The position numbers were made by a program, and so were the translations under genes. From a virus: a DNA stretch of 59,672 nucleotides. The DNA lies in IMG/VR virus record IMGVR_UViG_3300024999_000014, positions 1 to 59,672 of that record; one strand, 5' to 3'. The notes beneath the pieces are model-generated. The model worked only from the letters and a program-made list of their open reading frames with translations. It did no database searches and was not told the DNA's origin. Below are positions 23,966 to 33,290 of this stretch, piece by piece. Position 1 is the first letter of the stretch, and each line of letters begins with the position of its first letter.

Positions 23966-24691
23966 TTGAGTAAACTAGATATTTTGTTAGGCCAGGTAAA
24001 TACGGAGCTTGAAACCGCGAAGGAGTTAAACCCTCAAATGGCTATGGGCATGAATGTAATTAAGGGCATGATATTAAAGCTACAGGCAGCGGGAGCAGAA
24101 AACGCCGTAGTAACCATAACGGTAGACGACGCCGTACCGGATATGCTGCATACCTTCTTAGGGGATTTTAGGACGATGCTTAAGGCGTACCAGGAGAGCA
24201 AAACGCCAGTACCAGACCGCCAGATACCAGCCGAATTTAGCCGCATTATATCCCCGGAACGCCTAGATGAAGTTATGGTAGACCTGCAGGTATCCATTAA
24301 CGAACTGATAACGAAAGGAGAAGCTAAGGAAACAGCCTACGGGCCTAAGCCCGACCTGCTTAGGCAAAAGGCCCAGCTGGAAACGTCCGTTAAACTTACC
24401 GAAGCGGAAGCCCTTAGTAAGATACAGGGGGTAGGAAAAGACCAGTTTGTAGTCGTAGGCGGGGAAAAGATGTACCTTACGAATGACCAAACACGCGACG
24501 CATACCGCCGTATGGCTAGTAAGTCAGAACGGGAAGCCCTGGCACTCATTAACGGGGAGTTAGGCGCCCAGGACGTCGTCGTATTCAGAGCTACCGACGG
24601 CTGGTACACGGCTAAGGAAGCCGCCGACAAGGTACAGGCTAAAGCGAACCTGCAGGCCGCCCTTCTTAACTTCCTAGCCGGGGGTAGGTAA
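23966..24691 (+). CDS. hypothetical protein
   Basis: 241 aa, TTG start after SD ggggaagggg. Confidence 0.5.
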   Translation: MSKLDILLGQVNTELETAKELNPQMAMGMNVIKGMILKLQAAGAENAVVTITVDDAVPDMLHTFLGDFRTMLKAYQESKTPVPDRQIPAEFSRIISPERLDEVMVDLQVSINELITKGEAKETAYGPKPDLLRQKAQLETSVKLTEAEALSKIQGVGKDQFVVVGGEKMYLTNDQTRDAYRRMASKSEREALALINGELGAQDVVVFRATDGWYTAKEAADKVQAKANLQAALLNFLAGGR

Positions 24692-24694
24692 GGT

Positions 24695-25084
24695 ATGCGA
24701 GAAGTAAAACTACCGGAGAATAAAAAAGTGGACTACGAAATAGCGGAAGTACTAGGACTTAAGATTAAGGACGGGCCTTACAAAGGCCTATATAAATCTT
24801 TAGACGGCGTAAACCCTACGTTATTTACTAGCCCCCCGCGCTTTTCCGGTAACGCCGACCTGCTGGAAATAGCCGCCGTAAAGCTGCTGGGAAAACTGGT
24901 ACCTAAAGAGGGCCTACGCGCAGACATGGCCGTACTAGAAACCTGCGAACTGGTAACGGAAGTAAGGAAGCGACCAGGCGTACAAAGTATCGACATACTA
25001 CCCCACGCGTTTTACTCAGTTTACGCGGATAACAAGGGTAACAACCGATACGGCCCCGCCATAATCCTTATTGTGGAGGACTAG
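24695..25084 (+). CDS. hypothetical protein
   Basis: 129 aa with SD. Confidence 0.5.
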   Translation: MREVKLPENKKVDYEIAEVLGLKIKDGPYKGLYKSLDGVNPTLFTSPPRFSGNADLLEIAAVKLLGKLVPKEGLRADMAVLETCELVTEVRKRPGVQSIDILPHAFYSVYADNKGNNRYGPAIILIVED

Positions 25085-25089
25085 CGCCT

Positions 25090-25641
25090 ATGGATAAAGT
25101 AACAGCCCAGGGGCTAGCCCAGCGTAACCTGCAGAAAGAACGGCAGCAGCGCGGTACGGACTTTCAGGAAGAAATACGCCGTAGCTGGCGGCAGGTACCT
25201 AACTGCTGGCGTATGACAATCGAAAGCGGAAAGGGCCAGGGACAAAGCAGCGGAACCAGACCAGCCGACGCGATAACCATACTAAACGACGTAAACGTAC
25301 TAACAGAACTTAAACGGACTAACGGGGAAGCCTTCGAACTAGGGTTTTTACGGCCTAACCAGCTGGAAGGCCTTATAGACTTCGACGCTGTAATAGCGCG
25401 AAACTTCGGCCTAGTATTCATAAGCTTCCTTAACGACGACCGGGGAATAGACGCAGCTTTCAGCATACGGCTAATTGACGCTATTAAGTTTATGAAGAGG
25501 GCAGGCCGCCAACACATAAAGCTAGACGAATTACGGCGGGGCGCCGTGGCCTGCCTACAGTTGCCTACAGCGTGGTTAGGAAGTAACAGGCTGTACGACT
25601 TACAGGAGGTGAACGACTATTATTCAAGTTATCGTAAGTAA
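25090..25641 (+). CDS. RecU-like PD-(D/E)xK Holliday-junction resolvase (candidate)
   Basis: PADAITIL...VLTELKRT (D...ExK). Size and order of elements resemble RecU. Confidence 0.5.
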   Translation: MDKVTAQGLAQRNLQKERQQRGTDFQEEIRRSWRQVPNCWRMTIESGKGQGQSSGTRPADAITILNDVNVLTELKRTNGEAFELGFLRPNQLEGLIDFDAVIARNFGLVFISFLNDDRGIDAAFSIRLIDAIKFMKRAGRQHIKLDELRRGAVACLQLPTAWLGSNRLYDLQEVNDYYSSYRK

Positions 25642-27316
25642 TAACATACGGATACGGGGGGCGACTACCCCACTACGGGCAGCAATAACGGCGGCGCTTA
25701 CGATTGATAACCCACAGGCTGTAGAAAAGATTAAGAAGCGCCAGCCGTTATGGGGCATAGAACGAAAGCTAACCCTATACGTGCAGGAAGGCCCGGACAT
25801 TATCGTACCCAGGGGATTTATTAACGATCTGCGGGAAATCCTAAGTAAGCAGGGCCTAGACCCGGATAAGGTAACCGCGTACCGCCAGGCTACCCCTAAC
25901 CAGGTAAACTTCGGTAGCTGGAACGATAAGTACAAGCTACGCGACTACCAGATACCAGCAGTAGCGGCTATGATAACAAGCGGCGCCGGGGGCGTCATAG
26001 TAGCCCCAGCCGGGAGCGGGAAGACCGTAATAGGCCTTAAGGCGGTACAGGACTTAGGAACGCCTACCTTATGGCTAACACATACCCAGGACTTAGCCTA
26101 CCAGACAGCGAAGAAGGCCCAGGAGCTACTAAGCGACGTAGGAAAAGTCGGACTAATCGGCGACGGGAAGGTAGAGTACGGCAGCGGTAAGCTTACCGTG
26201 GCCCTGGTACAGGCCCTGGCAGCTAATCCTAAAATCGTAGAGGGGCTTAAGGACTTTATCGGCCTGGTAGTCATTGACGAAGCCCACCATTTCCCGGCCC
26301 CGGCCTTTATCGACATAGCCGGACAATTTCCCGCCACTAAAATGCTAGGACTAACGGCCACGCCAGAACGTAAGGACTTCCTAGATGTTTATATGTACCG
26401 GGGAATAGGGCCTAAGCTGTATACGATAGGTCGCGAAGGGCTGTACGACGCCGGGGCGCTAATTAAGCCCGAAGTACGATTTATTTACACGGACTACCGC
26501 TACGAGCAGGGCAGCGACCGGAACAAGGAAATAGACAACGTAGACGCAGGCGGCGAGGACTTAGACTATCGGGCTTTACTGGACGCCCTTACCACAGACG
26601 AAAAGCGGGCCAGGATGATAGCCGAAAACATACTGGAGCATACCCCGCAGAATTACAGCATTGTACTAACGGAATCCGTACGTTACTGCTACGTGCTTCG
26701 GGACATGGTAGAAAAGCTAGCTAAGGAACGCTGGGGCGGCGTAACCCCACGAATGGCCGTAATCCATGGGCCACTACAGCGGTACAAATGGCTAACCGCG
26801 AAGGGAGAAAAAGACGCCATAGCCCAGGTAGTAAACGGGTACGCCTTAGACAGTAAATTCGACGGCAACGCTAACCGCTGGAAGGTTAAAGTAGACAACT
26901 ACACCGCCGAAGAATTTAAGGCCTGGCAAATAGGCAGCCGGGAGCGGCAGGAGCTTATGGGGTTATGCGGGGAGAAGAAAATAGACATACTATTCGCTAC
27001 CCAGCTAGCCCGTGAAGGCCTGGACATGCCGCACCTATCCATAGGCCATAGCACAATGCCAAAACGGGGCGACGCAGCCGGAAGTAGTAACGGAGCAAGT
27101 ACCGAGCAGGAAATAGGCCGGGTAATGCGGAAAGACCCTAGTAATCCGAATAAGAAGGCTATATGGTTCGACTACGTGGACTACTTTGTAGGCGTCTTTA
27201 AAAGCCAGTACCAAAGCAGGCGAAGCGTGTATAAGCGTTTAGGCATTGCATTACCGAATAAGCCTAAGACGGAAATACAGCAGCTAGACGACTGGCTTGG
27301 TAACCTGCCGTACTAA
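25619..27316 (+). CDS. SF2 DEAD/DEAH-box helicase (probable non-canonical ATT start)
   Basis: APAGSGKT, DEAHH, QEIGRVMR. The frame is open and protein-like from 25613; SD caggaggtg lies 8 nt before ATT 25619. First canonical start is GTG 25781. Confidence 0.75.
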   Translation: MIQVIVSNNIRIRGATTPLRAAITAALTIDNPQAVEKIKKRQPLWGIERKLTLYVQEGPDIIVPRGFINDLREILSKQGLDPDKVTAYRQATPNQVNFGSWNDKYKLRDYQIPAVAAMITSGAGGVIVAPAGSGKTVIGLKAVQDLGTPTLWLTHTQDLAYQTAKKAQELLSDVGKVGLIGDGKVEYGSGKLTVALVQALAANPKIVEGLKDFIGLVVIDEAHHFPAPAFIDIAGQFPATKMLGLTATPERKDFLDVYMYRGIGPKLYTIGREGLYDAGALIKPEVRFIYTDYRYEQGSDRNKEIDNVDAGGEDLDYRALLDALTTDEKRARMIAENILEHTPQNYSIVLTESVRYCYVLRDMVEKLAKERWGGVTPRMAVIHGPLQRYKWLTAKGEKDAIAQVVNGYALDSKFDGNANRWKVKVDNYTAEEFKAWQIGSRERQELMGLCGEKKIDILFATQLAREGLDMPHLSIGHSTMPKRGDAAGSSNGASTEQEIGRVMRKDPSNPNKKAIWFDYVDYFVGVFKSQYQSRRSVYKRLGIALPNKPKTEIQQLDDWLGNLPY

Positions 27317-27336
27317 GAAAGGGGACTTAAGAAAAA

Positions 27337-27993
27337 GTGAAAATTATTGAACCAGAAGTACACCTAGAAAGCCAAGACTGGGGGCCGCTGCTGCAGCGTA
27401 TTGAATTAAAAGGCCGGGTATGCTACAAGAGCGAAGAACGCATAAACGCGCTTTCTGCCGACGCGTTTATAGCTACACTGTTTAACAGGGGGCATATGTC
27501 CGTATTGGAACATTCCCTAATATGCGTAAAGTTTGTAGTAGACCGGGGAGTAAGCCACGAAATAGTTAGGCATAGGCTAGCCGCTTACAGCCAGGAATCT
27601 ACCCGCTACTGTAACTATGGAAACAGCGACGACGGCATAACCGTAATTAGCCCCTTCTTTTTTTCCAGTACCGCCCGTTTCGAATTGTGGCTAAAGGCTA
27701 TGCAGGCAGCCGAAAGCGCCTACCTTGACTTACTAAACGTCGGAGCTTCGGCCCAGGAAGCCCGTAGCGTGTTACCAAACAGCCTAAAGACTGAAATATG
27801 GATGTCCGCAAATATTAGGGAATGGCTGCATTTTTGCCTACTACGGGCTGCTAAAACAGCGCACCCACAAATGCGGCAGGTAGCCATACCGTTACTGCTG
27901 GAATTACAGCGGGTACTACCGCCCGTATTCGGTAAAGTTCCTTATGATAGGGAATTCAGTACCGAAGACTACGCCGTAGTATACCCCATTTAA
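27337..27993 (+). CDS. thyX: FAD-dependent thymidylate synthase
   Basis: ThyX motif RHRLAAYSQESTRY. Confidence 0.9.
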   Translation: MKIIEPEVHLESQDWGPLLQRIELKGRVCYKSEERINALSADAFIATLFNRGHMSVLEHSLICVKFVVDRGVSHEIVRHRLAAYSQESTRYCNYGNSDDGITVISPFFFSSTARFELWLKAMQAAESAYLDLLNVGASAQEARSVLPNSLKTEIWMSANIREWLHFCLLRAAKTAHPQMRQVAIPLLLELQRVLPPVFGKVPYDREFSTEDYAVVYPI

Positions 27994-28021
27994 AAACCTA
28001 TGAAAGGGGGCAGCCATTACA

Positions 28022-28243
28022 ATGTCAGAAAACCAAAGGGTAGCACTACTGGAAAAACAGCTGGAGAAGTACGACGCTACAGCGCTAGGCCCGGAGCAAG
28101 TAGCCGAAGTGCTAGGCTGTACCCGGCGGTACGTGGATAAGCTCATAGCCGAAGGTAAGCTGGAAGCCTTCGCGTTAGACCCCAGCAAGCAGCGTAAAGA
28201 ATGGCGGGTAACGAAGGCGGCCCTTATCGCCTTCATGCAATAA
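28022..28243 (+). CDS. excisionase-family/MerR-like HTH DNA-binding protein
   Basis: LGPEQVAEVLGCTRRYVDKLIAEGKL. Confidence 0.6.
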   Translation: MSENQRVALLEKQLEKYDATALGPEQVAEVLGCTRRYVDKLIAEGKLEAFALDPSKQRKEWRVTKAALIAFMQ

Positions 28244-28267
28244 ATTAACGAAAGCGGAGGAATACAC

Positions 28268-28990
28268 ATGAGTAACGAGAACGAAAACGCCGTAGTAGCC
28301 ACGACCCAGGGAGCTGTAGCCGAAGTACCCAAGAACTACATTACTACCATTTTGGAAGCTATGAAGGCAGACTTCGAAGCCGTAAACGTGGGCGTAGAGG
28401 TAGACTTTGTACGAATGGGAGAATGGCTATTCATTGACAAGAAAGGTAACTTCATTGACCGAGCGGAGAAAGAGGAAAAAGGAAAGGGCGTTAGCTTCGG
28501 GGATACCTTAGACGTCGTAATAGGCCAGGGAGAAAAGCGCTGGAGCTTATGGGGCGCGGAGAAATCCCCGGAAGACGGCCAGCTAATCGTAGCCGAAAAA
28601 GAACTGAATATAGCCCAGGCTGCCTTAACTTCATGGCTGGAGACAAACCCCCAGGCAGCGGAACGCTACAGCTTAGACAGCTTAGAACTTCGCTATATGG
28701 CTATGGTAGTACCCGTCGATAGTCTACGAGAAGAAAACGACTTCCCAGCTGTATATATCATGGGATACGCCCCTACAGCTACGTACGCCTTCGGTAAGTA
28801 CACTATAGACGTGTACAAAGGGAAGTATAAGGGTATCGGCATACCAGCCCGTACAGGCGTCGCTAAGGTAGTCAGCCACCTAACGACAAGCGAGAAACAG
28901 GGCGCTGGAAATACGTCGTATATCGGAATTGACTTTGACGCCGTAGGCCTATTTAAGCCGGAGGAATACGGAATAAACGCAGAAGCGTAA
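28268..28990 (+). CDS. hypothetical replication-module protein
   Basis: 240 aa with SD gcggagg. No motif recognised. Confidence 0.5.
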   Translation: MSNENENAVVATTQGAVAEVPKNYITTILEAMKADFEAVNVGVEVDFVRMGEWLFIDKKGNFIDRAEKEEKGKGVSFGDTLDVVIGQGEKRWSLWGAEKSPEDGQLIVAEKELNIAQAALTSWLETNPQAAERYSLDSLELRYMAMVVPVDSLREENDFPAVYIMGYAPTATYAFGKYTIDVYKGKYKGIGIPARTGVAKVVSHLTTSEKQGAGNTSYIGIDFDAVGLFKPEEYGINAEA

Positions 28991-29018
28991 GCCGTAGCTT
29001 TTAGGGGGGGGCTATCAA

Positions 29019-32000
29019 TTGACTAAGGCCAAAGAAACGACGATAGCCGACTACAAGTACGTAGACGCGTATCATTGTGATGAGAATGGCAAGTCTAGCC
29101 CCTGGCAGCGTATCGAAGTCGAGGGAGTACAGAGATACCAGCAGCAGGAAGCCTACAATTTTAACTGCTTCGCTACCGTGCAACGTTACACGAATAAGGC
29201 CAGAGTAAAGGGGGAAGGCTACATTGCCCCCCTTTACTTCGACCTTGACAATGCGGAAAACCCAGGCATAAGCCAGACCGACGCCGTAAAGCTAGTGCAG
29301 TTTTTCACCGAAGAACTAGACGCCAAACAGTCGGACATATGGGTATACTTTAGCGGTAGTAAGGGCTTTCATGTACTGATAAATAGCCAGGCGTTGGGGA
29401 TACAGCCACAGAATGACCTGCATAAGATTTTTAAACACATTGCCGGGTACCTAGTCCACCGCCTAGAACTTACTTCTTTAGACCTGGTAGTATACACTTC
29501 TTCGCGCATGCTACGGCTACCGAACAGCGTACACCATAAGACCAGGCTATTTAAGATAGAGCTAAGCGTCGAAGAATTACAGACTTTAACCCTGGCTGAA
29601 ATCAAAGAACTAGCTAAAATGCCGCGCCGGGACTTACCATTTACCGGGGAGCAGCGGCGGGACGAATTGGAACCAAGGAAGCAGGCAGCCCACTTCTACG
29701 CAGACAAGGCCCTGGAGTACCAGCAGGCAGCCGCTACCACGAATACCCGGTACGATAAAGAATCTTACATTTTTAAGAAAGGACAGCCGCCCGCCTGCGT
29801 ATCAGACATACTTACCGGGGGCTGGAAAAAAGACGGCGACCGGAACCAGGCTACCGTACAGCTAGCCTGCTACTTCAAAGACGCGGGCCACACGAAGGAA
29901 GAAGCCCTTAAGACGTTGGAAGACTGGGTTATACGGCATACAAGCGCCGAAGGTACCTACCACAAAGACCAGCGTATAGCGAATACCAGGAGCGCTACGG
30001 ACGCCGTATACAGTAAGGAAAATACGTACCGCTTCGGCTGCGCGTTTATCCGTAGCCTGCATGGGGAAAAGAAGCCGGGAAGTAAAGACTACGAGCGGGT
30101 AGCCTGTACTGGCGACTTATGCCCGGCGATTAAGCGGTATCAGGATGAAGCGGAAGCCGTAACCCTTCACTTAGCCCAAACTGGCGACGCCGAACTAACC
30201 GGAAAGCTGGTATTGACACGGGTAATGGTAGCGGGTAAGAAGTCCACGCCCTACATTGTACCGAAGAAGATAGAATACCATTGCTGGGGCCGTAGTAACT
30301 GCAAAAAATACCATTGTCCACTATACTCTATTCCGAACGGTACGGCGTATAGAACCCTGGGTGTACAAGATCGGGAGCTTATTCAAATGGCGGGTAACGG
30401 TGACGACAACATAAAAGGCATACTAAGGGAACTAAGCGCCGTACCAGCCTGCCAGAAGTACGATACCGACGTAGTGGAAACGACCAACGTAGAAGAACTG
30501 TTAGTAATACCAATGGCCGACGAAGGCCTGCCTGGAGTAGAAGCGCCGACCGAAGGACATTACGTACTACGGCGAGTTTACACGGTAGGGAATACGTCGA
30601 TAGCTGAAAACAAGTACTACGAACTAACTGGGTACGTATTCCCGCACCCGAAGAACCAAGAAAGCACGATCATTATACGGGACGGTAAGCCGCTGCAGGA
30701 TGTCGTAGAAAGCTTCGTACTTACGGGAGAGATTAAAGACCAGCTGGGAGCCTTCCAGCCTGCCGACTACACGCCGCAGGCTATCGAAGAAAAGCTGGCG
30801 GCCATATGTGCAGACCTTACCTACAACGTAACCCGGATAGTCGAGCGCGACGAAATCCTTTTAGGCGTACTGCTGACTATGCACAGTATCTTAAGGTTTA
30901 AAGTACCCTGGGACAGTGACTATATACGGGGATGGCTGGAACTTAAGATACTGGGCGACACGGCGACCGGGAAAAGCGCCTTAGTAGAAAAGATACTACG
31001 CTTTTCTAGCCTGGGTACCAGGGTAAACGCCGAATCTACCAGCAGGACAGGCCTAACGTACAAGATGGAGCAAAGCGGAACCGGGGGCGCCTGGTATATC
31101 GTATGGGGCGCCTGGCCTAGAGCAGACCGGGAACTAATCTGGATTGACGAAGACACGGGCATAGTGAAGGACGAATACGGAGAAATGACGCTGGCCCGGA
31201 GCGACGGACGGCTGGAGGTTAAGCGGGCAGTAACCGCAGAAACCCCCTGCCGCGTTAGGGCGATTATGTCCGGGAACGTGCCGAAAGGTAAACAGCTGGG
31301 GGAGTACGGCCAGGGCGTAGAAGCGCTTAAGGACATTTTTAACAATGAGGATATACGGCGCTTCGACTTCGCGGCTTTCATGCGACTATCTGACGTAGAC
31401 GCAGCCCTTTATAACCAGCAGCTAGCGACGTACCCCAGCATGATAAGTAGCGAAATGCTTAAGAATAACGTCCTTTTCAGCTGGAGCAGAACGCCGGACG
31501 CCGTTATATTTTCAGACGGCACCTTGGAAAAGATACTGGCCGTAGCCATAGACCTAAGTAAGATTTACGGAAACGCTACGGACATACCCCTAGTATCATC
31601 TTCCGACCAGCGGAACAAGTTAGCCAGGCTATCGGTAGCCTTGGCAGCCCTAACCCATAGCGTGGACGAATCCGGGGAACGCGTCGTAGTATGGCCTGGG
31701 CATGTCGAATTTATAGGCGAATATCTTAAAAGCCTGTATAACGCCCCAGGCTGCGGGCTGAACTACTACGCTAAGCTAGCCATACGTGAAGAGGAAATGA
31801 ACCCGGAGCGCTACAAGAAGATCACGGACGACCTGCGAAAGCTGGATACCCTCAAAGGGGACATAAAATTCTATGAGTTTATCCGGCTATTCGCGACGCA
31901 GAAGTACCTACGCCTGGGCGACGTAGAAGCCATGCTAAGCATAGACAAAGAGGAAACGAAAGGTATCGTAAATACCCTGGTTAAAATGCGCATGCTGCAA

Positions 32001-32099
32001 ATGACCAGCGGCGGGTACCGAAAGACCGCTAGGTTTAACGCTTACGTAGCTAAATGCTTCGAACTGGGCCTATTCGATACACTCACAGACGATTATTAA
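29019..32099 (+). CDS. AEP primase-polymerase fused to MCM-like AAA+ helicase
   Basis: N-terminal YFDLDN, SGSKGFHVLI, RLPNSVHHKT (AEP motifs). C-terminal LGDTATGKS (MCM-type Walker A), LIWIDED (Walker B), IRRFDF (Arg finger region). Confidence 0.8.
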   Translation: MTKAKETTIADYKYVDAYHCDENGKSSPWQRIEVEGVQRYQQQEAYNFNCFATVQRYTNKARVKGEGYIAPLYFDLDNAENPGISQTDAVKLVQFFTEELDAKQSDIWVYFSGSKGFHVLINSQALGIQPQNDLHKIFKHIAGYLVHRLELTSLDLVVYTSSRMLRLPNSVHHKTRLFKIELSVEELQTLTLAEIKELAKMPRRDLPFTGEQRRDELEPRKQAAHFYADKALEYQQAAATTNTRYDKESYIFKKGQPPACVSDILTGGWKKDGDRNQATVQLACYFKDAGHTKEEALKTLEDWVIRHTSAEGTYHKDQRIANTRSATDAVYSKENTYRFGCAFIRSLHGEKKPGSKDYERVACTGDLCPAIKRYQDEAEAVTLHLAQTGDAELTGKLVLTRVMVAGKKSTPYIVPKKIEYHCWGRSNCKKYHCPLYSIPNGTAYRTLGVQDRELIQMAGNGDDNIKGILRELSAVPACQKYDTDVVETTNVEELLVIPMADEGLPGVEAPTEGHYVLRRVYTVGNTSIAENKYYELTGYVFPHPKNQESTIIIRDGKPLQDVVESFVLTGEIKDQLGAFQPADYTPQAIEEKLAAICADLTYNVTRIVERDEILLGVLLTMHSILRFKVPWDSDYIRGWLELKILGDTATGKSALVEKILRFSSLGTRVNAESTSRTGLTYKMEQSGTGGAWYIVWGAWPRADRELIWIDEDTGIVKDEYGEMTLARSDGRLEVKRAVTAETPCRVRAIMSGNVPKGKQLGEYGQGVEALKDIFNNEDIRRFDFAAFMRLSDVDAALYNQQLATYPSMISSEMLKNNVLFSWSRTPDAVIFSDGTLEKILAVAIDLSKIYGNATDIPLVSSSDQRNKLARLSVALAALTHSVDESGERVVVWPGHVEFIGEYLKSLYNAPGCGLNYYAKLAIREEEMNPERYKKITDDLRKLDTLKGDIKFYEFIRLFATQKYLRLGDVEAMLSIDKEETKGIVNTLVKMRMLQMTSGGYRKTARFNAYVAKCFELGLFDTLTDDY

Positions 32100-32111
32100 G
32101 GGGGTAAAATT

Positions 32112-33287
32112 GTGTCAAGTGTTATAGATATGTTCTGCGGAGGGGGGGGGCTAGGTTTAGGCTTCCAGCAGGCGGGTTATGAAATACCGCTAGCCTTCGA
32201 CTTTGATAAGTACGCGGTAGAAACCTACCGGGCTAATGTAGGCGACCACGTTAAACAGCTGGATATTACGAAGCTTACAGCTGGGGAACTACCGTACGCT
32301 GACGTATGGACTTTCGGCTTCCCGTGCCAAGACCTAAGCGTAGCTGGTAAGCAGGCCGGGCTATTCGAAGGCAAGCGTAGCGGCCTATTCTTTGAGGTAA
32401 TGCGGCTGCTGGATGAATCCGCAGAGAAGCCCAAAGTACTGTTAGCGGAAAATGTAAAAGGCTTAAAGTCTTATTTACCAGTCCTAGAATCAGAGTTTAA
32501 AGCGCGGGGTTACCGAATGTACGTACACATGTTTAACTCTAAATACTGGGACGTACCACAGAACAGAGAACGATACTATGTTGTAGGCGTACGGGAAGAT
32601 ACAGCGGGTGAATTTGTGTATCCGGTAGAACAGCACGAATTCATACCTAAGCTGACTAGGGACTTAGAAAAAGTCGTAGACGAAAAGTACTACTATTCCG
32701 AGGAAAAAACTAGAAACATTATTGAAATTGCGCTAAAGAAAACGGGGGGCGAAGACCCGCAGAACGTATTTACGGATAAAGACGGGGTAGCCTACGCGTG
32801 TAACGCGCGCTATTTCAAGGGGTGCAGCTACACTGACGTAGTAAAAAGTCGTAATACGCAGGTAGTAGAACCTAGGATAATAGACGATACTTACGGTTAT
32901 GAAGAAGGGGCACGAGTTTATCAAGATGTAAGCCCTACACTACGTAGCAGTAGACAAGGGCTTAAGGTATTAGAAGAACCTAAGATAACAGTAGTAGGAC
33001 TTTTATACCAGCAAGGGCATGAAGCACGGGCACGAGTACATGACCCCGAAGGCCTAAGTCCCACGGTAGACACGTGCTGCGGGGGTGGGCACCAGGTAAA
33101 AATACTAGACGGCTACCGGGTACGTAGACTAACCCCTACCGAATACGGAAGACTACAGGGCTTTCCCATGGATACCTGGAAACAGGTAGTAAGTAATACC
33201 CAAGCCTATAAGCAATTCGGAAACGCCGTAACAGTAACATTAGGCCGTGCTATGGCTAAGGCAATCAAGGAATTCTTAGGGGGGTAA
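32112..33287 (+). CDS. DNA (cytosine-5)-methyltransferase
   Basis: DMFCGGGG (I), GFPCQDLS (IV), LAENVKG (VI), QFGNAV (X). Confidence 0.9.
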   Translation: MSSVIDMFCGGGGLGLGFQQAGYEIPLAFDFDKYAVETYRANVGDHVKQLDITKLTAGELPYADVWTFGFPCQDLSVAGKQAGLFEGKRSGLFFEVMRLLDESAEKPKVLLAENVKGLKSYLPVLESEFKARGYRMYVHMFNSKYWDVPQNRERYYVVGVREDTAGEFVYPVEQHEFIPKLTRDLEKVVDEKYYYSEEKTRNIIEIALKKTGGEDPQNVFTDKDGVAYACNARYFKGCSYTDVVKSRNTQVVEPRIIDDTYGYEEGARVYQDVSPTLRSSRQGLKVLEEPKITVVGLLYQQGHEARARVHDPEGLSPTVDTCCGGGHQVKILDGYRVRRLTPTEYGRLQGFPMDTWKQVVSNTQAYKQFGNAVTVTLGRAMAKAIKEFLGG

Positions 33288-33290
33288 AAT

